In this document: piece after piece, positions 40,301-53,300 of the stretch
Position numbering within the stretch: position 1 is the first letter of the stretch
How the letters are laid out: the number at the start of each line of letters is the position of its first letter
From: Octopus vulgaris
Taxonomy: Eukaryota
NCBI GenBank assembly: GCA_951406725.2
Contig: OX597821.1
Span: forward strand, 81,344,001-81,408,000
Length of the DNA stretch: 64,000 nt
Direction: 5' to 3'
Notes under the pieces: model-generated
Database searches by the model: none
What the model saw: only the letters and a program-made list of their open reading frames with translations
Told to the model about the DNA's origin: nothing
Program-made: the position numbers and the translations under genes

Positions 40301-43300
40301 AAGAGCATGCCGAAAGAGATCAAAGAGGGTGCCGACAGAGATCAAAGAGGGTGCCGACAGAGATCAAAGAGGGTGCCGACAGAGATCAAAGAGGATGCCG
40401 ACAGTGATCAAAGAGCGAGCCGACAGAAATTAAAGAGGAGTGTCGACAGAGATCAAAGAGGGTGCCGACAGAGATCAAAGAAGGTGCCAACAGAGATCAA
40501 AGTCGGTGCCGAAAGAGTTCAAAGAGGGTGCTGACAGAGATCAAAGAAGAGTGCCGACAGAGATCAAATAGGGTGCCGACAGAGATCAAAGACGGTACCG
40601 ACAGAGATCAAAGAGCGTGTCGACAGAGATCAAAGAGGTTCCTGAAAGATATCAAAGATGGTGCCGACAAAGACCAAAGAGGGTGTCGACAGAGATCAAA
40701 GAAGGTGCCGACAGAGATCAAAGAGAGTGCCGACAGAGATCAAAGAGCATGCCGAAAGAGATCAAAGAGGGTGCTGACATAGATCAAAGAGGGTGCCGAC
40801 AGATATCAAAGAGGGTGCCGACAGAGATCAAAGAGGGCGCGGACAGAAATCAAAGAGGGCGCCGACAGAGGTCAAAGAGCCTACCGACAGAGATCAAAGA
40901 GCATGCCGAAAGAGATCAAAGAGGGTGCCGACAGAGATCAAAGAGGGTGCCGACAGAGATCAAAGAGGGTGCCGACAGAGATCAAAGAGGATGCCGACAG
41001 AGATCAAAGAGGATGCCGACAGTGATCAAAGAGCGAGCCGACATAAATTAAAGACGAGTGTCGACAGAGATCATAGAAGGTGTCGACTAAGATCAAAGAG
41101 CGTGCCGACAGAGATCAAAGAGCGTGCCGACAGAGATCAAAGACGGTGCCGAAAGAGATCAAAGTGAGTGCCGACTGAGATCAAAGACGGTGCCGAAAGA
41201 GTACAAAGAGGGTGCTGACAGAGATCAAAGAGGGTGCCGACAGATATCAAAGAGGGTGCCGATAGAGATCAAAGAGGGTACCGACAGAGATCAAAGAGGG
41301 CGCCGACATAGGTCAAATAGCCTGCCGACAGAGATCAAACAACATGCCGAAAGAGACCAAAGAGGGTATCGACAGAGATCAAAGAGGGTGCCGACAGAGA
41401 TCAAAGAGCATGCCGAAAGAGATCAAAGCTGGTGCCGACAGAGATCAAAGAAGGTACCGACATAGATCAAGGAAGGTGCCGACAGAGATCAAAGAGCATG
41501 CCGACATAGATCAAAGACGATGCCGAAAGAGATCAAAGAGCGAGCCGACAAAAATTAAAGATGAGTGCCGACCGAGATCAAAGAGGGTGTCGACTAAGAT
41601 CAAAGAGCGTGCCGACAGAGATCAAAGATGGGACCGGCAGCGATCAAAGAGGGTGCCGACAGAGATCAAAGACGGTGCCGACAGAGATCAAAGACGGTGC
41701 CGACAGAGATCAAAGAGGGTGCCGACTAAGATCAAAGAGCGTGCCGACAGAGATCAAAGAGCATGCCGACAGAAATCAAAGAGGGTGCCGACAGAGATCA
41801 CAATATTTTTCGAAAATTTTTGCCGAAAATTTTACCCAAAAATTTTTCGAAAATTTTCACTGATAATTTTACCCAAAAATTTTCACCAACAATTTTTCGA
41901 AAATTTTCTTTTGAAAGACATCATAGTATATACATTATAGTTATAATCATAGTATATATACTTTCTCACACAACAATTACAATATATTTATTTTAAATCA
42001 TTTATTTATTTCAAATCGTTCATCTTTCTTCCCCCTCTCTCTCACTCACATTACTTTGGGTGCGAAAGAGTTTTGTTTTTATTTTACGCCGAGTAAAATG
42101 TGTTTTGTTGACAATCCATCTATTTAACAACAAAGAAACAAAGAGGTGAGTAGCAACTTGTCAGTGAATTACACAATATAAATGGGTACAATTTCCGGGG
42201 CTTCCACCACACCCACTCCGATTCACGGACCACAAAAGGGTTTTGTTGCAGATTAGTAGTTGATTCCACGCAAAAAAAAAAACGATTATTTTTCTTAGTG
42301 AAAATCGTGCGAGTGTTAATCTACAAATTTAACATTTTTCCATTCATTTCTGTTTATGAACATGTATGCATGCACAAAACATGCAATAGGTGTACGTACA
42401 TACATGTGTGTTCGTGTCTGTTGCCCATATATATTTATATTATATTATATTATATTATATATTATATATATATAATATATATATAATATAACCAATTTCA
42501 ACAGATTTTGCCCAAATTTGACGTCGATATTACTTAGTTTGGTTTGAAATAAAGAACTTGATTAGCTTAATAATCGTAACTTAATCCCAGGCAAGGCCGG
42601 GTTATACTGCTAGTATGTGTACATATTACATGTACATCTATATATATATATATATATCTACACATAAAATGCAAAATACAAAGTTATATCTTGATATCGC
42701 TAGTGATAACAATACTCAAAATATATAACAGACTGGAATTGTTAGCCCGTCTCTTGTAATTTCGATCAATTGTATCTTGTCCTTCCTCTTGTATAGAAGT
42801 GTAGCTACAATCCAGCCTACCTCTACTTCTGGTGTGTGTGTGTGTGTGTGGGGGGGCATTAAAAATTTTTTTCCGGGACGTCCTACATCCCAGATATAAA
42901 GGTAAAAATAAAATAATTCCACTTTGCAAGTTCAAGTCGAGTACTCCCTTGCACGCTCCTTTGACTCGAACCTTGTTTCTATTGTGGTGAATTTACCGCC
43001 TCTGATTAGATATCTTTCATAGTCGCACCAAGACACTTTCGATGGTGCTTTCCTCCATGTGTTCAAATCTTCTTTTTTCTCTACATTGTATACTTTATAG
43101 ACAACAAGTGACGCGCCATTCTTCGTTGCGGTGACCCTCGCGTAAGTCTCCATGACTGAGGGTCAACGCTCCTTCTATAAAAAGTAATGACACGCAGCGA
43201 CAAGCATCTCGCGCGATTCGATCCTGTTTCGTCTCTTTCTACAATTTTTCACTTTTTTTCACTCTTTCACAAAAATAACGTCTGACTCTGACAGCATAAT

Positions 43301-46300
43301 ATCAGGTACTCAGTAGAAGCATCTTTCGAGAAAACAGACATTACATACAGCCAAACTTCATATAGATACTTAATGCTAGCTAATTAGCAAATAATCTAAT
43401 GTAAAAGCCGTGCACACGTCCATCTGGACTATTCCATTTCTGCACGCTAATTTTATTTTTTATTTATTCCCATTCATGTGAAACCACTGATTCAAGTTCA
43501 AGTCATGGATGCAATTTTATACCAATTGCTATTTTTACTTTTTTTTATGTTACGATTATATTATACTTTAGTTTGATTTTAATTATTACTTACTACATAT
43601 AATTCAATTGTTATTATTATTTTATTGCTAAATTGAAAGTATCTGACATAAAATAGAGAAATGTTTTTGTTTCACTTTTAACACATAATACTGAAATAGT
43701 GGAGAAGATATGATATTGCTATGGGCTCGCTCTAGGTAAGAAATTGAACATTTTTTTTGCCCATGAAACTACATGGACCCTAAGTAAGGCATGTGTAAAA
43801 TTTGAATGAAATCGGTTGTGTAGTTCTCAAGTTTTAGGGAATCGTAGTGGAGAAGATATGATATTGTTGTGGGCTCACCCTAGGTAAAAAGTTGAACCTT
43901 GGGCAAGTGTCTTCTACTATAGCCCAGGGCTGATCAAAGCCTTGTGAGTAGATCTGGTAGATAAAAACTATGAGATACCTACTGTATATATAACATACAT
44001 ATGTGTGTGTGGGGGGTCATGTTTGTTCCCCACTACCACTTGAAAACTGGTGTTGGTTTGTTTATGACCCTGTATCTAAGCAGTTCAGGCTTATAAAAAA
44101 AAAGTACTAGGGTGATTTGTTTGACTAAACACTCAAACATGAAAAAGATAAAAGATAAAAAGATAACCCTTCTGTAGTTGAGATAATAAATATCAGTAAT
44201 ATACTGGTTCATTCTTCAGTGAACACTTGACCTTGTGTTAAGTATGAAATAAATAATTTATCACATACATTTATGATAAATAAAGTATCTAACTGTCTGG
44301 CATTTGTTGTTTAGCCCCAGGCCAACTTGGATTCATGATCAAAAAGTATCCTGGTTATGACCAGTGTATTTTTTGTTTTGTAGTTTTTCTACGGTGTATC
44401 TAGGATAGCATTATCTTCCGTGTGCCTTCTTTCAAGATAGTTGGATGTGACCTGAAGGAGATTCAGCAACTATTCATGTAAGTGAGGCAACCATGGATAA
44501 GCTCCCTTTTTGGCTCAGTAGACGCCTCCAGTGTCAGAGAGTTATCCTAATTAGCCTTGAGAAGAAATACTGAGAATTGGCATTCCCCAAAACCATGAAA
44601 GTAACAGGAAAATCCATATAAAACAAAATTAAATTAACTACACCTGAGAATAGAAACAACTTCTGACATTAAATATTGAAGAAGCTTCTTTTCTACTGCA
44701 CAATGACTATCATAAATAAGACAAGAAAATATTAAAATACTAACTCACCTGAAGCAAAATCGCTCAAGAAAACCTCCAAGAGTCACATCATTCTTGCCGT
44801 AAAATTCCATTGTCACAATCCTAAATTTCAAAATAAGAAATCACAATGAAATCATTTGCAGTACTGAGTCTCTGAAAACAAATTTCAGCAGTGCAGACAT
44901 GTATAAATATTTGATATTTTTCTGCTTTACAAATTCTTTAAAAAATATTCACAGACATGGCTATGTGGTTGAGAAGCCTGCTTCCCAACCATGAGGTCTT
45001 GCTTTCAAGAAGACACTTGCCCAAAGTTCAATTATGTGGCACCTTGGGCAAGTGTTTTCTACTATAGCCCAGGGCTGATCAAAGTCTTGTGAGTAGATCT
45101 GGTAGATAGAAACTATGAGATGCCTACTGTATATATGTATGTATGTATGTGTGTAGCATTGTGTTAACATCATGTAAATGAGTATCGTACAAGTGATACT
45201 GTTCATTTCCAATCCCTGCTTTGAAGCAGGTGAGTGTCGGCAACAGGAAGGGCATCTGGCCATAGAAAACCTGCCTCATCAAATTCAATGAAACCTAGGC
45301 ACATCAACACGTAAAATGCTAGAAATGGCTATTTCACATGAAGATAAACAACAATAAAGGTATAAAGTATGGGTAGGACATTGCAGATGTGTAAGTACCA
45401 AATTCAATTTAAACCATAGATCTGACTCTGTGGGTGGTTCCAGGTGTGGTGTAAGTGTAAAAAAGTTCTCTAACACTATGCTATTTATGTTCTCTCAGTA
45501 CGTGGAATCCTGACTTTTTTTTTACCCTCTCTCCATCTTTTTTCTTTCTCCATTTTCTTTTTCCTCTCACCACTTTCTGTCAAAGAGTGTAGTCTTGAAA
45601 TGTCAAAGACTTTTCCATTTTTCCCAGCATCAAACTAATACACCTGCTTGCTATTCCTTCACCTGTCTCTGTCTTTCATTTTCTGTACATTTAAAATATA
45701 TACACTAGTATCCAAAAGTTCAAGCTCACCTACAAAAATTTGGTTTGAAGTGGAACTTTTAGTTCAATGTCATTGATTTAGATAATCTTTTTGCATAAAA
45801 ATATGGAATAACAGATTGTATAAAATTTAGGGTTTATTCAATATGGAATAACACTATTTAGTTTTATATGCAAATAATCAGATTTCTTGATAGCAAGCTT
45901 ATTTGGGAATGTGGTCAAAAGCATTTTAGCAACATTGTAATACATTTGGATCATTTCCACTCCTTATGTGCTGGCGGTTGAGATAACATCATTTAATGAC
46001 TGTGTTAAATGTGTTATTGTTTCTTTCAGGTTCAGTTATTTAAAATAAGTAAAATTAGTGAAATTCCTAAAAATCAACCTAAATAGGGGCAAAACCAGTA
46101 ATTTATTATTACATAATGAAGGCTATAGTTTTTAAGATCAAGTTTCCTACACTGCCATCCACTCCACCATTGTAAGGTATAATGAAACAGGATAAAATAA
46201 TGACAGGGCTGAGTCAGGTCATCCAAAAGTCACTTCTAAATCACAGGATAAGTCCAGCAGAATTACCAGTCTTCGAAATAGGCACCTGACAGCAAATGAA

Positions 46301-47263
46301 ATCACAGCACAAATATATGAAGCTGGTAAAGCCAATGTCTCCCCTACAACCATGAGGCAAAGACACATTGCTGCTGGTCTAAATGGTTGTTGCACTACCA
46401 GAAAACCACTGCTTCAACCTATGAATAAATGTAAGCAATTCATATGGGCCAAACAACACCAAACTTGGACTGTTGGTCAATGGAAATGAGTCCTCTACTA
46501 GAATAATGAATCAAAGTTTGAAATCTTCGGATCCCAGCGTAGAGTTTATGTGAGGTGAAGAATTGGTGAACAGCTGATTCCTGAGTGTATAGTTCCGACT
46601 GCAAAGCACGGTGAGGGAAGTGTGATGATCAGGGTGTGTTTTGCAGGGAATAGTGTTGAGGACATTCATTGAGTAACAAGAATATTAAACCAAAATTGGT
46701 ATCACTCTATCCTCCAGTGTCATGCCATTCCATCTGGGACGAGGCTGATCAGTAATAATTTCGTGCTGATGCAAGATAACAATCCTAAACAGACTTCTAA
46801 GCTATGCAAAAACTATTTACAGCAGAAAATGGGTGGAAAAAGTTTACTGTAATGGAATGACCAACCCAATCCTCCGATTGCAATCCCATTGAAATTGTGT
46901 GGGATGAATTGGACTGCAGAGTCAAAAAGCAACAACCAAGTAGTGCAGGAACCCTCTGGACACTCTTACAAGAGGAGTGGTAAAATATTACCAGTGAATA
47001 TTTGCTTTCATTGCTTGAAAGAATGCCCAGAATATGCTCCGCAGTGATCAAGGCCAAAGGCGGATATTTCAATGAGTCTAAGATTCAGAGTTTTCCTCAG
47101 ATTTTTCACAGTTTTGCTGAGTTGCTGAGTTAATTGTCATCCATTGAATGTAACTATACATTAATATTTCACCAGGATCTCTCACTTATTTCCATTTTAT
47201 AGATGTTTTTGCAAAATAAGTTGTGGTGTTGGTGGTGCTGGTGTTGCACCTGCTTTTAGACTG

Positions 47264-47305
<42 letters not shown>

Positions 47306-50300
47306 ATTTGTCCGTATGCAACAAAGTTAACAAAGCATAATACAACCTGAAAGAACAAAGAATGAAACAACTTGAAGTACTGAAAGAAAAAAAAAATAAA
47401 TGCAACAATATTTTAACCTCTGACTCAGTTGTAAGTAATATAAAATGATAACATTTACCAAGGATTAACACATGGATTAGGAGCATTTGAGGAGTTGCTG
47501 GAGAAACTGCTGAACAAAACAGACAGATGTTGGTGGCTATAAAGATCTAAACAGTCACGCTGAAAACAGAGAATGAAAACAGAAACTTAGATTGGTGTAG
47601 CAAACAAATCAATAAATATTGTATTATAGGGATTAATTGGATAAAGTTAATACTGTCAATGTTCAGAGTTAATGGTTGAGCTAAGGAACAAACATGTTCA
47701 GGTGTGATGGCACTCAAAGAGGAAGGATTAGGGTGGCACTTGCTGTTGGGTCTAGACAGTTAGTAACACATACGAAAGATTGAGGGAAAGGATGAAAAGT
47801 GAAGAGGGAGGCTGGACGCTGTGTGTGTGTGTGTGTGTGTGTATGTGTGTGTGAGAGAGAGAGAGTCTTTGTTTGTTTGTAGTCTCATAGTAAAAATATT
47901 GTGCATTGATTGTAAATAAAATCACCGTTCACACAAAAATGGTATCATTTCTTTGCAACCTTCCATGAAAACATGTTCGGTCATTGAGATATCTGTTCAT
48001 GATTGAAGGACTAGGAGAAGTATTAACTTGAAAACAGATGATAGTTGGTGACGGTAAGAACATCCAGCTGTAGAAAATCTACCACATTGTATTCTACCTG
48101 ACTCATGCGTGTATGGTAACGAGGATGTTACAGGTACAGCACCAATGACACAGCAATCCATAGCTAAATGTATAACCTGTCTGCATTAAACGTACACACT
48201 ATTGTTGCCAGTTCTTAGACATACTGTAGCCAATGGTTTTCATAGCCAGTCATTTCCTTAACTTACTTGTATTCAATATCTCTCCAAGTTATCATTCTCT
48301 ATCAGATCGATTATGCCTTCATTTTGCTCTATTCACTGTAGATCTTTACATTTGCAGCAAATACCTCAGATAGCACCTGCTATACAGAAATTAATAACTG
48401 TAACCCAAAGAAGTAAAGCTGTGGTTGAGCTCACACAAGAACTACCATCTAGTCACCAAAGTGACTTTTACCAAATTACCTACAACTCATATACACAAGG
48501 CTTTTCAGAGCCAAGTGTCCACTAATGGACCCTTCTTAATATCAATCATCACTACTAGTGAGGTTATCATGCAGCCTGCAAGACGAAGATCCTTTTTGAC
48601 TGAGTTGGGATGCAGTAGAGAGGGAGATGATTTTATGCTATGGGATTAGGAGTTAAAATATGAAAGAAGGGGCCAAAATAGAACACACACACACACAATC
48701 ACTATCACCATCATTTAACATCTGTTTCCTATACTGACATAGGTTGAATGGTTTTCTAGGACTGTACCAAGCTCTATTATCTGCTTTGGCATGGTTTCTG
48801 TTGGTGGATGCTCTTTCTAATGCCAGCCATTTTACAGAGTGTACTGGGAGATTTTTTTGCATGGCACCAACACCCAATACACTTTGCAAGACAAAGATCC
48901 CTTGACTGGAAAGACCCCTCGGTATATATAACTCCCCACCAAAACAACAATGTTATATTATTCATATGATTCTCATATTCTCCTCAACATTCATTCCTTT
49001 CACATTATTTATGACATTCCTCTCTTCTGTATGCATCATTTGCATATTTGCTTCATTTGCATATTAGTTTTGTGATGTCCGAATCTAAGCTGCATGATAT
49101 GCACTATTTATAATGGTTAGAGTAACATGTCACAGCTACATTGATTTATCAACTAGAAGAGAATCCAAATTGAACCATTGTTAAAAGTATTCCTGAAGTT
49201 TTATTTATCATGGACAGAATCTACAAACAACAACACAGTTTTCATCCATTTTTTTCAGCATCACATATCACATTTCTCACACATCATTCATAAAGTCTGG
49301 CTTATATATTATATCTCCAACATTTATCTACAGTGCTACCACTGTGATTAAATTAGTCTGGTAGCCTACCTTCAATACTAATAGTATCACCAAGGTAATA
49401 TAACTTATTTACTATTTCCCATGAAACATCTGCTTACTAGACAGCCTTCAGCAGATCAATAAAATTCATACCATGAAATATCTTTTATAAACAATTTATA
49501 AAATCTATAAACAAATCTATAAAATCCATAACTCACCTTCTGATCATAATAGAATGATACATAGTTAATATCATTTTTTATTTCTCCATTGCTTGTCTTT
49601 TTAGCCACCTCCTTGCATTCATCATGATAGCAGCTCCCAGACTGGGTTGTTTTAATACGTCCACCTCGAGCACGAAAATCAGACAGAATGTCCTACAAAT
49701 AAAATAGATGAATTTCTTTCTTTTAAATTTGACTCAATGAAACAAGATCTTGTTGGCTCAAATTAGAAAAACTGGAAATTTCATTCATGCATAACCCAGA
49801 TAGAAATATAGATGATGATGATGATTATGAAGATGGTGGTAGTAATGGCGATGATGATGATGATGACAATGATAACAGCAATGACAATAATGGTGGTAGT
49901 GTCAGCAGTGGTGGTGGTGTCATAATGGTGAGATGGTAATGAAAAAAACAATAATTAGGTTTGTGATGCAGATGAAGAGCTAAATATGATGAAAATTGGC
50001 CTCGATTTTCAAAGAACACCACATTCTTCTACACAACCTACGCCACTTGGTAGCTGGGGTTCATGTCATGAGAAGTTAGAAGAATCAAAATAATGAACTT
50101 ATCATAATCATCTTTTAATGTCCATTTTCCATGCTGGCATATCTTGGACAGTTTGACAGGGGCTGTTGAGCTAAAGGACTTCATTAAGATCCAATGTCTG
50201 ATTTGGCATAGTATCTATGACTGGATGCCTTTCCTAATGCCAACCATTTCACAGAGTATGCTTTTTACATGGCATCAGCACAGCTAAGGTCATTAAGTTA

Positions 50301-53300
50301 CTCACAAGACATGACCCCTTAACTGAGAGAGTGGGGGTGTAATATTGGCTTTATGCCAAGTTATAAGAAGTTAAAGTATGATAGAGGGACAGGCGTATTA
50401 CAGTAGAAGAAATACATGGCTATGTCGTGTAATCTACACGTGTTGACTGAGCCAGTGAGAGCCCCTATGTGATTGCTTGATCTGCTACAAATTGCAAACA
50501 AATCTTTTACAGATAACATCCTACCTTTCTTCAAGAAAACAGATGCAATGGATATAGAGGCAGAAAATGGTCATGTCTAGAATAATTTTGATCATAGTTC
50601 TTCCTGGTCAGGCTTGATATAAGATTAAGCAACAACTACACATCTTGATAAATAAAAGTGTTTGTGGTTAGTGAGAGCACAAGTCAAGAGGAACCATGGT
50701 TTGATCACATACTGCCTTAAATCTATTTTTCTATTCTTACATAAATTCTATCTCTACAGTCTACAATATAAGTACAGCTCAGTCACCAAGCAAATATACT
50801 AGATTACACATCTTCAATGATTTGAAAAGAAATATTGCCCCAGTTTTCACATTTGAAATTATTTTGAAAGAACATGGCAAAAATACTGATTGCAGAAATT
50901 TTTTCTAAGTAAATTACTGTGATACTTTGTTGAAATTAAGCTGCTTTAATTCAACACACTTCAGTGAACATTCTAGTGCATTTACTTGATGATTCTCTCA
51001 TCACTAGCTCAACAAGTATAGTGAAGTCAATGATTTTCTGTTGAGGTCATAATAAGACTGGAACATGTTCAAAGTTCTCTCTCTTGATGAAAATAATTAA
51101 AATAAAATTAGTCAATGACTAACAGTGATTTTTTTCTTTTTCACATAACTTTTAACTTAATTATATAGAGAGATATAGTGGCAGTAGTATCCATTAGATA
51201 CAATAGCTTGTAAAATACATAATATATTGTAATCAGTCTTCCCTTGGAATTGAATACTGTTTTAAGATACTTGTCTGCACTTACATAATACCTCTCTCTT
51301 TTCCTCTCAATACACACGCACACAGTACTTTTCTCTCAGGTACAGAAATATTTATTTGCTTATCATAATAATGTCAAATACCTACCTGTACAGATGGGTC
51401 TTTCACTGGTTTTTCAAGTTTCCACATGATAAAAGGATGTGCCTCCGTAATTTCTACATTTTTCTTGTTACTGATACGTGATACAACATCGGTATCAAAA
51501 TATTTTGGTCGATTGTCAATGTTCTTTTCACTTAAAGCTGGAGAGAAGTACATTTCATCAGGGAAATACTTCCGCAAAGTTGACTTCAAGCCATTAGTAG
51601 TCTCTAAATATGGTGGATCAATTTTTATGTAAGGTGAGACAGAAAGAACTAAATCTTCCAGTGCTTTTCGAATTTTCTGCTGTTGAGCGACCTTCTGCTC
51701 TTGAAGTGCAACAGAACTGTGAAATATGGAGTCATCCTTCGTTGTGAGATAGTTGTGTAAAGGATCAGAAAAATCAGTGAGTTCTTCTATGCCAGGTTGT
51801 TTTCGACTGTTGCTCATGACATCTTTGCATAGTTTATTGTCACTGCTTTGACTGACTTCTGTTGAAATGTCTAGTGACGGATCATCTTCTTTACTAGATT
51901 CAATGTCCTTCTCTGAAGGTTCACTATCAACTACGTCTGTATCACCAACTTCTTCAACAAGCTGAAGAGACAAAGTCATTGAACTGGCTGTTTTAAAAGC
52001 ATCTCTCCTACATTGGTTATTAAATACATGTCCCCTGTTATCTATCACATCTTTCTGTTCACTATTTACATCTTGTTGAGAGTCTCTCAATTCAGAATTA
52101 ACATCTGATATGTCAGTGTCTAAATTAAGACCTATTTCATCCCCAGAGGGTGGAGGAAGGCCAAATTCGTCCATAATAAATGAAACTTCAAGTTGAGAAT
52201 GATATGCTGCATAAGTCATAAACTGCATTATTTTTTTCACCTGAAATTAAAATAGAAAATGTAAGTAAATAGGTGCAGGCATGGTTATAGGTGTAGGTAT
52301 AGCTATAGGTGAAGTCATGGGTTTGTGCTAAGGTTTACATCTCAACCACATGCTTTCTGATTCAGTCCCACTGCATGGCACCTTGGGTAAGTGCATTTCA
52401 CTACAGCCTCGGGCTGACCAAAACCTTGTGAGTGGATTTAGTCGATGGAAACCCTAGTGGTTAGGGTGCTGCACTCATGCATGGTTGTTAGGTCGTGGTT
52501 TCAATTTCTGGTCCGAGTGTTGCATTGTGTTCTGGAGCAAAACACTTCATCTCACTTTGCTCACTGTGACACCTGACATATGGTACACAGTGCACCTGTC
52601 CAGGCAGCATTTATTTGATGGAAGGAGGGAGCTTATGTACAACACTTACATTTGATCACTAGAAACAAATCATTTGTGCTGGTCATTCAGCAGAAGCTAA
52701 ACACTCACATATCGTCTTCAATGGGAAAGTCCATTGTATGCATGAGCACAACTTTTTCCTTCTCTCTGTCTAATTTTCATATGATGATGATGATGATGTG
52801 TGTGTGTGCATCAGTGAAAGATATATACAGTGGCAAGAAACTCCTGCTAAATTGATGCATGGAACAAAAATAACTTGTGGTATTTACTGCACCATGATTG
52901 CAAACATTTTCCTTCTACCCTTACCATAATAGACAAACAGTGAATTTGTGATTGGTTCATTAGAAACCAATAGGCAACAGAAAGTGTACAATGTAAACTA
53001 AAAAGAAATATAATGAAAATAAACATAACGATTTTCAGATCAATACAATCATCTAATCAAGACAATCATATAATACATTGTATTAGAAAAAGGATAGACA
53101 AGGATTCAAGCAGACACCATCATGGCTGTCTAATTAAGAAGCTTGCTTTGCAACTAAGGGGTTTCTGGTTCAGTCTCACTGCACAACACATTTGCCAAAT
53201 GTCTTCTACTTTTTTTCCCCCACCTTTCTTTATTCTGGTTATTTGGCTTTCAGGAATGCCAAAAGTAACCAGAAAATATTTAGTTAAAAATATATACTCT

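Larger units (their letters stand above)
37935..42613 (+). mobile_element. Probable non-autonomous Helitron carrying nested tandem arrays (5' end lost)
   Basis: 3' hairpin CCCAGGCAAGGCCGGG (42586-42601), 8 nt, then CTAG|T at 42610-42614. Confidence 0.65.

Noticed and set aside
38598-41800. CRISPR-like array or repetitive protein gene ([22 protein letters not shown] ORFs)
   Set aside because: The variable parts are only 6 nt and mutually related, there are no cas genes, and the context is a eukaryotic intron. The ORFs arise in all three frames because the 22-bp unit lacks stop codons.
42932-42934. Selenocysteine recoding of the internal TGA
   Set aside because: No recognisable SECIS downstream; a nonsense mutation is more parsimonious.
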